In this document: one piece after another, positions 37,841 through 50,989 of the stretch
Layout of the letters: the number at the start of each line of letters is the position of its first letter
How positions within the stretch are numbered: the stretch's first letter is position 1
NCBI RefSeq assembly: GCF_006345805.1
Contig: NC_043016.1
Location: 29,884,001-29,948,000, forward strand
Reading direction: 5' to 3'
DNA length: 64,000 nucleotides
Source of the DNA: Octopus sinensis
Taxonomy: Eukaryota
Translations under genes and position numbers: made by a program
Notes under the pieces: model-generated
What the model was told of the DNA's origin: nothing
What the model saw: the letters and a program-made list of their open reading frames with translations, nothing else
Database searches by the model: none

Positions 37841-38077
37841 ATGCAGCTGGAAGTATGCAGTGGGGAAGCAAGCTTACTACACAGCTATGCTGATACCTAT
37901 CCATGAGTATAACTCATGGCTTTGTGTGTTTCTTCAGAATTTCATTTTCTTGGGAAATACTTTCTAAGAAAACATTTTTTTGCAGAGAAAAATACTTTGT
38001 CATTCACTTTCAATGTTATAGGATAGACAGTGAGAGACAGTAATAATCTGTCTTTATCTTTTATCTTTTAACATTAT

Positions 38078-38492
38078 TACTCTCTTACTCTACTTGTTTC
38101 AGTCATGTGACTGTGGCCATGCTAAAGCACCACCTTTAGTCGAGCAAATTGACCCCAGGACTTATTCTTTGTAAGCCTAGTACTTATTCTATCGGTGTAT
38201 TTTGCTGAACCGCTAAGTTACAGGGACGTAAACATACCAGCATCAGTTGTCAAGCGATGTTGGGGGGACAAACACAGACACGCAAACATATACACACACA
38301 TACATATATATATAAATATACATATATAAGATGGGCTTCTTTCAGTTTCTGTCTACCAAATCCACTCACAAGGCTTTGGTTGGCCCGAGGCTATAGTAGA
38401 AGACACTTGCCCAAGGTCCCACGCAGTGGGACTGAACCCAGAACCACGTAGTTCGTAAGCAAGTTACTTACCACACAGCCACTCCTATGCCT
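38078..38492 (-). mobile_element. SINE family A, full length
   Basis: Complete head-to-tail match to 48843-49252. Confidence 0.9.
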
Positions 38493-39090
38493 ATTATTGC
38501 AAATTTTATTCTAACTTCACATTTAAACAAACTTTACCAAGGAATGAAATTAAAGATGTGAAACAGCAGGGAGAGAATGAGGTGATAGAGGATGGGAGCA
38601 AAAAAACTGAAAATGAGACAGTTTAAGACACAATCAATGACCAAGAAAGCTTAGCATAACAGAACATGAACAAGTAAGATGTCTACAGTATCAAAGAGAA
38701 AGTCAGTAGATAAATACCAACAAAAAACATGGATGGCAAAACAATGAGCTAATTGTTATGATACAACTTTGAGAGACAGAAATGCAATGAAGCAACATGA
38801 ACTAAGTAAGAATAGCAAACAGAATATTGGGGGTAAAACTTCAAAAAAGGATACCAAGTATGCTGAGAAAACCTGATTTAAGAATAGATGTTTAATTTGA
38901 GAAATGCTCTAAGACATCATCAGAGAAGATCTGGTGGTTGTTTCACTCATTTATCGTAATAGTTCTTTAACATTATAAAATAGTGTTATGAAGATGTATC
39001 AATTGGTGCATTGAAACAGAAATACGGACATTAATAAAACATAATATTTCCATATTCCCACAAGTTATTATAATAATATATTGTCTCCAT

Positions 39091-39322
39091 AGGGTGGTGA
39101 GCTGGCAGAATCGTTAGCACACTGGGCAAAATGTAAGCGGTATTTCGTTTGCCATTACGTTTTGCATTCAAATTCTGCTGAGGTCGACTATGCCTTTCAT
39201 CTTTTCGGTGTCGATTAAATAAGTACCAGTTTTGCACTGGGGTTGATGAAATCGACTTAATCCCTTAGTATGTCTTTGATTGTCCCCTCTATGTCTAGCC
39301 CCCATTGGGCAATAAAGAAATA
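39091..39322 (+). mobile_element. SINE family B, best copy
   Basis: GGTGAGCTGGCAGAATCGTTAGC...GTCGACTATGCCTTTCATCTTTTCGGTGTCGATTAAATAAGTACCAG...AATAAAGAAATAA. Confidence 0.85.
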
Positions 39323-42300
39323 AATATACTGTCTCCAAGAAAAATTTAGTACTATAGGCAATCAATACTAAGCAAAACATTACTGTATATATGGGGAGCT
39401 TGGTGCAGCCAGCTGGCTTGCCAGACCTCAGCCAAACCGTCCAACCTATGCCAGCATAGAAAACGGACATTAAGCGATGATGATGATGATGATGACATAC
39501 AAGTTCATATGTGTTTGTATGTACATGTAGTTACTGAGAGAGGCTGCTGAGTTGTAGAAATCCTGCCAAAAGATCATGACATGATCCTCCAATTTATTTA
39601 AGAGGGCAATATCTCTTAGTAAGAACTGCCACATGCCATGACACTTATCCAGCATTTGGCAGCATGGAAGAAGCCATAAATTTTGATGACAAATATATAG
39701 GGACATGCAAGTGTGCATCTGTGTATATTTGTGCCCGAGTTTACTTATACATACTAACTAAAAATCAGATTTTTTCATATTGCATCCATAGTATCAAACA
39801 CACACACACACATTTATTCATTTTATGTCCATTTTTCTCCAACCTAGCACAGTTTAGATGAATATATTAAGGTATGTTTTTTTTTTTTACAGGTAGATGC
39901 ATTTCCCGTCACCAACTCTTACTTGTTTTTCAACTAAGTGATCTCTTATTCCAACATTTTTGAAGATGCAAAGCCAGCAAACAATTTCTTGACATGGGAA
40001 ATAACAACATCACCATTTGCTACTCAGCAATTTTCAGAGATGCACAAATGTAAACAAACACAGTTACACATACATATACACACACACACACACTCATATA
40101 CTCATATATACAATGGGTTTCTTTCAATTTCCATCCACCAAATCCACTCACAAGACTTTGGTCAGCACATAGCTATAGTAGAAGACACTTGCCCAAAATG
40201 CCACACAGTGGAACAGAACCTGAAACCATACGGCTAGGAAACAAACACATAAACCACACAGTCATAATATATCACACACACACACACATTTTGATTTGTG
40301 AATACTTTGAACAATCTTCCAAATCGGTCAGTAAGTAAAACCTGGGCTATGAGGAGCCTAAGTTTTAAACAATCGAGGAAATTAGTTGTCCTGCAGATGT
40401 CAACAAGTTTAATGAAAAAAGAAAACATCTATGGTGACCTAATGAGACTCTACTTGGATTATAAGTTCAGATTTATAACAGATTTATATTATTGGGCCAC
40501 TTGGTTATGTAACTAACTACCTCACTACCGATCTTAGGAAACTGGTCTTCACAAAACCAGAAAGAATATCGTAAGTCATTGTACCTATATTATTAGGGCA
40601 CTTGTTAATGTAACTAATTACATCACAACCAACCTTAAGAAAGTTGACTTCACAAAACTAGAAAGAACATCAAAACAACCACATCTAATTAGAGTGCTAT
40701 AAGGCATTAATAGAACTGTAAATATATTCATAAGTTCAGCCTGTGCTAAGTACACATACATGCGTAGACATGTAAACATCGATATAAACATAAATCAAAA
40801 CACAAATTACCATGCACATACACATACAGAAATGTAAACATGTTTATGCATAATTCAAAACACAGATTCACATGTTCTCTCTCTCTCTCTCTCTTTTTCA
40901 CACACATTCACACATGCAATGACATGTATGCACACATGTGCCAGTACATACCTACATAGCTTCCTACTTTATGTTTATCGTGTAAATTTTAGTGAGAGCT
41001 TTGTTTCTTTTCTATTGGTGAGAAATTTGAAAAAGAAAACCAGAAAAATACACAACATCCATGCACGCATATAGACATCACAGGTATGTATGCAGAGATA
41101 CACACACATCCAGAAATACATACATAAACAAATACATAGTACATACAGTGAATAGATCAACACTTCAGCGAGTAGAGTTGCTAGAACCCAAAAGGATGAA
41201 AACAATTGCCAAAAGAATAAATGTAGCCAGCTTAGACTTAATGATTATTGAGAAATTCCAAAAGAGTAGGCTAGCATAGGTTGGCAACCAATCTAAGAAA
41301 AGGACAACTCTGGGTTCATTAGCCTTGTTAGGTCATCCATTAAAAAGGGTATTCCAATATAACACCTGTGATATATAGATCTTGCTGCCAATGTCTCAGA
41401 TTACTAGATCATGGTAGATGGACCTGCAGGTTAATATACCCAGTACATATCTTCTTCCATAATCTGGCAGCTACTAATGGTGTTAACCTCTGAGTTTGCA
41501 TGTATCCTACACTAAGTCTCCATCTTGTTTAAAAAAAAACCAAGACAAATATACCCTGACATGTAGTGCTTCCTTTGGTCATTGTTACCAATGCAAATGT
41601 TGACATTCATTCACAATTTGCATTGTTCCGGATCATAATATCCCAAAGTGTGTATACATACAGCTAGAGAGACTGCCTACAAAAATCAAATTTCCAGTTA
41701 AACTTCACTGAATTCACACTCATTTCAGAATGTAATTACTGCTTTGGCATCTGTGGAGACTGACATGCTTGTCATCCAAGTGGTATAGGGCATATATTTG
41801 CAAGATGGTCTACTAGCACATAGAGAAAGCTACCTTTATACCTGCTGCAGTAGAAAGAACACTGAACAATTGTAGAAATAAAAACTCTCCCCATGCATAC
41901 ATGATATCAATGTAACGTAGTTGTCACTTGTCTCTTTAAATGGAGACATCTAACCATCGATCCTTTGAAACTATTCAATCTTTAATTAGCCACTACTGAT
42001 ATTGATTAGAATTCCTAACAATACAGTATGGGTTTTGCTCTAAGAGGCACGGCTAATGTATCACTGTTGTGCTGGGAGCCAATATCTGTTTCAGTTTGCT
42101 TGGATCCATCTAAAAGCAATCTTAAAAGCAATTATAATAGTCTATGTGCCAACTTTGGATGGTGATAATAGTGTGAATGATTATTTCTACAGATCTCCTG
42201 GAAGTTGCTAACAAGACTTTCAATAAAGATCTAATCATTGCAGGAAAGTGAAATATAAAGATGATACAAGTAACAGAAACATTTTTGGTAGATTTGCAGT

Positions 42301-42428
42301 TAATGATTGTAGCACATGTGAGAATGTTTAGTAAATTTTGTTGCATCCATTTAGTGAACCATTTAGAACATTCTGTCATATGGCAGCAGAACAAATATTT
42401 CCTTATTTGCTCTCATTGTGTCAGCTGT

Positions 42429-42472
42429 ATACTTGACAATCGGTTTTATCATAAGGCTGAAACATGTAGTAT
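42429..42472 (+). ncRNA. Decayed minimal hammerhead motif
   Basis: atac TTGACAA tc ggtttt atcat aaggct GAAA catg TA gtat; two core substitutions relative to CUGACGA. Confidence 0.45.
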
Positions 42473-42709
42473 GATTGTCTCGGATAAGATCATCAAAATT
42501 TCACATAGAGCCACCAAACCATCCAAAAGATCAACAAAGTAATGATATTGCCAAGCTAAAATGTAACATCACTGATTGATCTTGGAAAAGAGGAACCTAA
42601 GCAAAAAATTTTTTCAGAGCACAATCTAGTCCTCCAACTCTCTCGGATAAGAAGTGACTACAAGCATATAAGAAGTTACTACATGTATATACATCAATAC
42701 ATATATCAT

Positions 42710-42984
42710 GGACTCTGCTATCATTAAACAGATCAGATGAGAGTTTCACATTTTCTTGCCAAACAACCACAAAGATGATTTGTTTGTAGTGATCAAATGT
42801 TTGTGTTGCACATAAGCTCATTTGTTCCAGGTGCATAAGTATGCCATACATCAGATGTTGAAATGGTTGCAGAGCAACATGAAATGAAGTGTCTTGCTCA
42901 AGAACACAATGCATTGTCCAGTCCAGGAATCAAAATCACAATCTCATAATTGTGAGTGTAACACCCTAACCACTAGACCATGTG
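42710..42984 (-). mobile_element. SINE family D
   Basis: Reverse-complement head TGGTCTAGTGGTTAGGGTGTT...TTTTGATTCCTGGACT (A/B boxes), then TGTGTTCTTGAGCAAGACACTT. Confidence 0.75.
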
Positions 42985-43012
42985 TATTCACACACACGTT
43001 ACATATATAAAA

Positions 43013-43089
43013 TGGTTTAACTTAATGGTTCAGAGCACCGCGACACGTAATCATGGAGGTGTGAGCTCGAGTCTCATAGCTGGCTGCCA
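43013..43089 (+). pseudogene. Decayed tRNA-like sequence (Thr-CGT-like loop) ending in CCA
   Basis: D-arm-like TTAACTTAATGGTTCAGAGC, anticodon-like loop CACGTAA, T-arm GTGAGCTCGAGTCTCAT, 3' CCA; the acceptor stem is broken. Confidence 0.45.
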
Positions 43090-44063
43090 ACACATTTTTT
43101 CTGCAAAATAGGGGTAGCTAATCCTGTTCAGGCTATAGTATTAGCATTATCCTGCGTTTGAGAATTTAAAATCACTTCTTTAACTATATAAAATAAAGTT
43201 ACAGACCTTCTCTCCCATGAATGCCTCTGCAAAATATGTCTTTATATTTGTAATGTTGGAAATGTCAAGAACAATATGCCATCATAAACATGAAATGGCA
43301 GTTTCTCAAAGGTCTTGCTGTAAACTTTTGTAAACAATTGAGCAAAACCAGAGATACACTAAGCACTGACAGTCTAACATTCCAGTTGTACAATTCTTAT
43401 ATCAGAAAATTGTATTGCCATCTAAAAGGTCTTCAGTAGTATAAGTGTCTCCCAAAATGATTGAAAATGGTCTCCAAAGTTTCTTCTGAGACTCTGGAAA
43501 AAGGTATGTTCCGGCATTACTCTCTAACATTCCACATCAACCATCAGTGAAAGCTATAACCAATCCTCAGTAACCTCCACTAATTCAACGATCAACCAAA
43601 TACATAGACTGGAAAACAAAATCACTGCACCTAGGGACGTGTGTATATGTGTGTGTGTGTGTGTGCGAGTTTTGCATGTGTCCATACATGTTCGTGCGTA
43701 TTTCTGTGTGTGTGGATGAATATGAACATGTGTGTGTGTGTGTGTATGCTTGTATACATTTGTATTAATTGGTGATTGTATTTTTTGTCTTAATTTGTGT
43801 TGTACAGTTTGCATATGTAAGTTCATGTGCATGTGTGTGTGTGCATGTGTGAGAGAGAGAGAGAGAGAATTTAAAGATAAAATTACTGTGCAATTACTTC
43901 AACCTAATTTACTCTACTCAGATAAAAAATAATGTTTTATACTTAAATGCATTGTTGTTTTAGCACATGAATGAGATTATTAAAATCTACTTAACAATAT
44001 AATTAAAAAAATTTAAAAAATCAGAGAAAAATATATTTATTCCAGTTTTTACAAGCCCTAATC

Positions 44064-45448
44064 TTAACCCTTTAGTTACTGTTTCTATCGAAATACACTG
44101 CCTTTGTTTTGAAAATAATAAAGAATTTAGCAAAATAATAATAATTAAGCAGATGTTTGAAACAAATTTAACATGAAATTTTTAATAGAAGGTTTTAATT
44201 TAGACCACTTTAAATGTGGAAGTTTGTTTCATGGCACTGGTGGCAGTTTTAGTTTGGATGCCAACCAAAAGGGTTAACCCATTCGCATTTAAATCAGCCA
44301 TATTTGGCCCAAGTATTGTACCTGCTTTATGTTCAAAATGGCTAGATCCAACCTCTCACACCCACCTTCCAATGTTAGTCACGTAATTGAAATCCCAGTG
44401 CTACAAGATAATGCAGGATAAATTGAAAACAATGAGTAAATAAGCATTACATTGGACAAAGTAGGCTGAATGCTAAAAGATTAAACTGTTGCATTTGAAG
44501 TGTTTAGTTACTCTTTATAACAGAGAGCTTGCAGATCATGATAAGGATTATGTGAATTGTACTATTAAGATCATAAAATGATAAACTATAGAGTATTGAA
44601 AATATCACAGGAATTGTTAATCTGCAATATCAAATACCAAATAATGATTTAACCCTTTAGAATTCAGATTACTTTGTCAAATGCAATGCTGATTTATTCA
44701 CATTGTTTTGTATAATTCATGCATTATCTTATAGCTTCAAGATTTCGATGATGTAATTGCATATTTTTTGAATGACATTATAGGACTGGTGCGCGAGACT
44801 GGTTCTGACTGGTTTGAACATGAAACAAATGGAATATTTAGGCTGGGTATGGCCGGTTTAAATGCTAAAGGGTTAAAACAGATGTCACAAGCTTGAATAT
44901 TCTGGTAGTTATTGAGAAAGAGATTGGGCTGCTATATTTATGACTTCTGTAGTATGTAAATATAACAGAACCATGTAATATGTGCTACAGGTTCAATACG
45001 ATACGCTTTGCAAATTCTAAAACATTTGCCAACATTTCCAATCAGGCAGTTTGCCAGTGTGTATATTCTGTTGAGATCAAAGGTTTGTATTTCGACAAGT
45101 ATCTACTTAGAGAATGTTGTAAATGGGCAAGTTGCTTGCTTCTACATAACTTTCCTTGTCTTAGCTCATTGCAGAAAATACATCCTGTTTTACAAATTAT
45201 TGACGGGACAGTAGATCTTTTAACCTTTTCATTACCAACCCGACTGAAACCGGCTCTGGCTCTGTATTACAAATGTCTTGTTTTCATAAGTTTTTAATTA
45301 AAATCTTCTACCAAACCTTAGTCACAATTTATGTTCCCAACACTAGCTTAGTGATAACGAAGTTATTTTACTAAATTCTTTGTTATATTTCAAATAATTG
45401 AAAGAAACACAGAGCATCTCAAAATAAATATGGTAACGAAAGGGTTAA
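44064..45448. mobile_element. Cluster of four TTAA-flanked piggyBac-type MITEs (44064-44277, 44274-44484, 44649-44876, 45220-45448)
   Basis: Each is bounded by TTAA with CCC/GGG-type termini; the first two share one TTAA. Confidence 0.85.
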
Positions 45449-47563
45449 ACAAGGAGAGATCCTACAGGGATATTTTGGTCACTTTTTCATACATCTTTAA
45501 AATTAGGGAATCCATTTCATCTCAGGATATTATGGAATGTCAACATGATTTGTCTCCTTTCAATCTCACTACATTTATTTTAAATATGATTTAGCTTAGT
45601 TTCATCAAAAGTTCCCAAGGACAATTTGAGGTGGATGAACAAACTGAGTCTCAACAGAAGCTAGGAAATAGACTATGTTTTGCTAGCTATTTTTGTCTGA
45701 AAAACAGTGATTTCATTGGTGGTTTCACATAGAAACCAATGTCTACATTAGCTGTCTGCTCAACCAAATGACTTGAAAATATTGCTTGCTTTTCTGCACA
45801 TAAAAAAAAAAAAATCTGTACTATTTTAGCCTCATTCCACACTGTTCTCCATAACTGAATAACTTCTGTTTTGACAGTCGCATGTATACGAAGGTTACAG
45901 GATAACCAACAGAATTTCTCAGGATTCCTCATTAGGTAATTAAAGTTACTGCTATTTTACGAGACACAAGAATTGGTAAGTGAAAAAAAAAAAAAAAGAT
46001 ATAAGTAAATTTTTTTTTACTGATCTAGAATTCAAGTTTCAATGTAAGATAATGATGAAATCAGAATAACTTTAACCAAATTAAAAACATTCACATCCAA
46101 AAGCAACAAAAAGAAATGTTTTGTATTGAATATAGGAGAATATCTATGATACAAGTTCATGTTTCACATCACTGTTTAAGTTGAATGGTTCAGCAAACAA
46201 GATAACGGTAAAATAAAAAGGTTTCAAATTTCTATCTTTACACCTTAATCTACCAAAATGAGAGATTACTGAAACAGCGGCACATAGGTTTTAGCAAGAT
46301 TGTACAGGAGTGCAGTAGTGATGTGATATCAGTTAGTTGAATTATTGCAGCTAGATCTAACTTGGTCACCATTTCTATGACTATTATTTCTTGTCTAATT
46401 ATCAAAACTAAATCATACTCAGATAACCACACCAAAAATTGTCACTGTTGAGTCCTTTTGGTGATCATAAATACATACAGTTTGAATTGATTAGTGTTGC
46501 ATATTAGTGTGTGTGTGTGTGTGTTAGTAAAATCTGCATGAAGCATTGACTGGTACACTTTTTTTTTAAACCAAAACAATTCAAGTCAATAGTTATTCTC
46601 CAATGGTTTCCCGAAGAAGGGGCCCTAACCCTGAAATACTGAAATACAAGTTAAAACTACAAACCATCAATTTGATTTATGTCTTATAATTTACATTACA
46701 TCTGGTTCCTATCAAATTGCCCAACTCAAGCCAACATGGAAAAATGGACCTTAAGTGATGATGATCACACACACACACACACACACAAATATATATACCT
46801 GCCCCAGCATGTCTGCATCTAATGACTGAAACAAGTAAAAGAAAGGAAGAAAGAAATACATATATATTACAATATCTTGAAGCTGACAATTTACCTTGGG
46901 GATTCATAATTTTTAAACTATATTCAGATTCTAAGAAGCTATTAATTTTCAGCAATCACTCTCTCTATAAATTATGAGCCCTTTAAGAAATCAAGACAGC
47001 TGTGGGGCAAGAGAGATAAGTTCAGAGTTTTATCTTGAGTTTGATTTAACATTACAGATAGTTACTTCAAGTAACAGATCAACACCGAACTCACTAATTC
47101 AATTTCGGTAAAATTGCCAAAAGTGAGAAGAGAACAAAAACTTTTCTCTTTTTAAATCTTAATTGTTAATTAATGGATAAATCTATATGTTTTTACAATT
47201 AAAAGTTGTAGTAATTTACCCCTCTAACTCCAACATTTGTTTCTAATTTGTTTCTTAATCATCATCATCGTTTAACGTCTGCTTTCCATGCTAGCATGGG
47301 TTGGACGATTTGACCGAGGACTGGCGAACCAGATGGCTGCACCAGGCTCCAATCTGATCTGGCAGAGTTTCTACAGCTGGATGCCCTTCCTAACAGCACT
47401 TAACATTTTATTTATTTATTTATTTCCAGTTTGTCACATGGCTTAAAATGAACATTTATTAACGTAGAGGATGCTAAATTTTTTCTCCTTTTCTCTTTCA
47501 AATCAAAATATTTCCAATTATTAATTATTAACAACAGAAGCAGTATTAATATGAATATCTTGC

Positions 47564-47955
47564 TAGCACACCGAATACTGCATTATTAGCCCTGAAAGAT
47601 CCTCTCATATCAGTGCTTGGTACAAAAGAAGCACACATAGATCGCAGCAGGTGAGAATTGTCTGTCATGGGCACCTTCCATTACTAATAATTAATTTTTA
47701 ATAAGCTTGCTGACTATTTGCAAATTCAGTGTCTGAAAAGATGCTAATATATCATAGCAGTGAGATCAGACTGGGATGTGGTGACTGGACGCTTCTCACT
47801 GATGACTTCCAGTAGAATGAAATCATATGATCTGGGAGTTCTGGCACCCATGACAGATGATTCTTGTCTGCTGTGATCTATGTGTGTACTTCTATGCACC
47901 AAGCACCTCTATGAGAGGATCTCTCAAGGCTAATAACACAGTACTGGGTGTTCTA
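47564..47955. mobile_element. Fold-back element (arms 47564-47675 and 47843-47955) with a hammerhead in the loop
   Basis: GATCCTCTCATA / TATGAGAGGATC, CACACATAGATC / GATCTATGTGTG, TCTGTCATGGG / CCCATGACAGA. Confidence 0.85.
47793..47838 (+). ncRNA. Minimal type I hammerhead motif
   Basis: ttctca CTGATGA c ttc cagta gaa t GAAA tcatatga TC tgggag. Palindromic stem III AUCAUAUGAU, cleavage triplet AUC; the first stem II pair is mismatched. Confidence 0.65.
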
Positions 47956-48842
47956 ATGAGAGGTCCATGCTAAGATGGACATAAAGATTTCCATTTACAA
48001 CTGATGATCTACTTTCATAAGTTTGCTTGATTAAATCATTCAAAGTCCCTTTGTATCACATCCTGTCAAATTCAGTTTCCACTGTTTTGCTCCCTTATTC
48101 AGGCACTGAAATCTCTCTCATTCCATTTATACCCTATTGTTAATCCCCAAATCAGCAAATCACACGCAATTAAGTCACTGTAAGTACTTGATTACTATGA
48201 ATCACTCAATTTCTATTCAATGCTAGATGTAATACAGCACACATTGCAAAACAGTTTACAAGGCAAATTAATCTTTACTGAAAGTGTGTGGTTCAGTGGT
48301 TAGAGTGTTGAGCCCACAATCATAAGGTTGTAGGTTCAATTCCTGGACTGGGCAGCATATGTCCTTAAGCAAGGCAATTCATTTCATGTTGCTTCAGTCT
48401 ATTCAGATGTATACGAGTACCAACCTAGTTTTGACACAACTCTCTCTCCCCTCCATTTGGCGGTACATGTTCAATGTTGTACTGAGTTAAGGGTGGGAGG
48501 GCTGAGAGAGTGTTTGTGTGTGCTTGCGATACATAGATATCAAAAACAATAAGCAAGTGATTGGTACATGCTGCTTAGCGCTACTTACTTGTGAGTGACA
48601 ACTGAAACATCCAGATTTATATGTCTATCAGATCAGGACTGTCCTGGGGGATAAATGACAACATTGCACACACAAAAGTAATCATCAAGGCATCACAAAG
48701 AACTCTTCTGTCCATTTATTGCAAACTCTTTAAAATTCTAAATAAAATCATACGCAAATATTCTTGCCTTACATTCAGCCAAGTTACCAGAAGTAGCTGC
48801 TAACAATCATGTTTTTCTCTTCCACACTCAGTTCCCTTACTC

Positions 48843-49252
48843 TCTTTTACTCTTTTATTTGTTTCAGTCATTTCACTGCGGCCATGCTGGAGCACCGCCT
48901 TTAATCGAGCAACTCGACCCCGGGACTTATTCTTTTGTAAGCCCAGTACTTATTCTATCGGTCTCTTTTGCCGAACCGCTAAGTAACGGGGACATAAACA
49001 CACCAGCATCGGTTGTCAAGCAATGCTAGAGGGACAAACACAGACACACAAACACACACACGCATATATATATATATATACATATATACGACGGGCTTCT
49101 TTCAGTTTCCGTCTACCAAATCCACTCACAAGGCTTTGGTCGGCCCGAGGCTATAGTAGAAGACACTTGCCCAAGGTGCCACGCAGTGGGCCTGAACCCG
49201 GAACCATGTGGTTGGTAAACAAGCTACTTACCATACAGCCACTCCTGCGCCT
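48843..49252 (-). mobile_element. SINE family A, most intact copy
   Basis: Reverse complement: GGCGCAGGAGTGGCTGTATGGTAAG (A-box)..GGTTCAGGCCC (B-box-like)..GGCACCTTGGGCAAGTGTCTT (CORE-like)..(AAAAGAGT)n tail; CpGs intact. Confidence 0.9.
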
Positions 49253-49880
49253 TAAATATGTTATTACATTATAAGTTAAAATTCTTCTCTTTCAAATCGT
49301 ACATAGTCTATTTGATGAATAAAAAAAGAAAAAGAAGATATCAGAATAACTAAGCTACATAAGTAAATCGTTTTTTAAATCATAATTTTAGCAGAAATTA
49401 TAATTAAATAGTAAGATTAAATTCAAATAGAAAAGTTACAAATTAGTTTCATGTATAGAAGTAAAACAAGAGAGAGAGAGAGAGAGAGAGAAAATGTTTA
49501 ACAATGTTAATAATACTAGTTATTTGCAGATATTTCTTGGACATTTAAAATAGCTTACAAATTAAGCATTTCGAGGTGGTAATAACTATGGTAAAAAAAA
49601 AAATAATAATAATGAATCCTCAGGATTTAATGTGGGTGTAGGTTAATTAAGTATAATTAAAATATTCTGAGTTAAGAGGAGAAGATCCAAAATAGTGTGC
49701 AAGAAATGGCCACATTATATTACTGTATAAATATAAGCTTGGTTTTGCTGTATCCATTATTAAAATTCTCAAACTACACCCCAGACTTAAGGACCAGAAT
49801 TTATATTCTCTCTGTGTGAATCTTTACTGAAATCTGAGACCAAAGAGAATCTGCCACCCCATTAATCTATCAGGGGTGGG

Positions 49881-49940
<60 letters not shown>

Positions 49941-50989
49941 TACAAAGAGAGAGAATGAAGTAATATGCAGCAATGAACTAACAGCCAATTGATGCTTGTG
50001 TGATATTAGTAGTTTCCATTTCCAAGAAGAAATTCTCTTCACGCATGAGAATAAAATAACAAGGTTGATGATTGAAACTTTAGAAAATAACAACATATCA
50101 TGGGCGGAATGGAAGAGAAGAGGAAAATCTATTCCTAAACAGGTTCTATTCAGAAACAGGCTTACACAATGGTAAACGTACTGCTTTGATAATAAATACA
50201 AAATGCAGTGAGATAAATGTATATTATTAGTATTAGCAGAGCAGTGGGGAAAAACTATAGTTGTAAAATAGTGTCAGACACAACTGTGTAGTAATGAGAA
50301 TAAAAGTTATTTTCTATAATGTAGCCCCAGAAATGAAACAGAGATAATGGGTTAGATATAGGAACTGTGCTATGTTTGTGATATGACTCACGTATGTCCT
50401 GGGCCTACATGGATTATATTACCAAATGGCAGCAATTGCAATTCTGTGTTCCTGTTTTCCCAATTTATTTGCTAAGCCTAAAGTAGATTGTTCATTAGCT
50501 CCAAACCAAGACTAATTATTTTATTAAAATCAATAATTAATATGACCTGTGCACACCCACACGTACACATGCTTTCATTACCACCGACTGCTACACATGG
50601 ACCGAAACTGTTTTGATGAGTTTTTTTTCTTTATTTTGCATGTATGCATGATTATCATCACCGTCATTTAATGTCTGTTGTCCATGCTGGCATTGGTTGG
50701 ACGGTTTAACTGGAATTGGCCAGCTGAAGGGATAGATGCCTGGGCTCCATGTCTGTTTTGGCAAGATTTCTACAGCTGGGTGTCTATGTGTATCAATGTG
50801 TATACACACACACACACACACAATTTAAATAAAAATACTACTTAATATTTCGAAAGCTAGTGAAAATATTAAAACAATTCTTTTTCAAATAAATATATTT
50901 TCCTAATGTTTTGCATTTGAAGCATTTGCAAACAATCTGAAGTTAGAATTTTATATCATTAAAAACTATAAAAATAAACAACTAAGTCA

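Noticed and set aside
43206-43608. Exon-like minus-strand block with a good acceptor
   Set aside because: Stops in all frames and a weak donor; cannot distinguish a lncRNA exon from a TE relic.
46604-46660. CCGAAGA-agggg..ccct-GAAA hammerhead-like relic
   Set aside because: The core is mutated and stems I and III cannot be assigned; too decayed to call.
49170-49252. SINE heads as functional tRNA genes
   Set aside because: A/B boxes are present but there is no complete cloverleaf, and each head continues into a repeat body.
50010-50175. Mariner transposase-like peptide (ISWAEWKRRGKSIPKQ)
   Set aside because: Short, with no catalytic motifs or terminal repeats visible.
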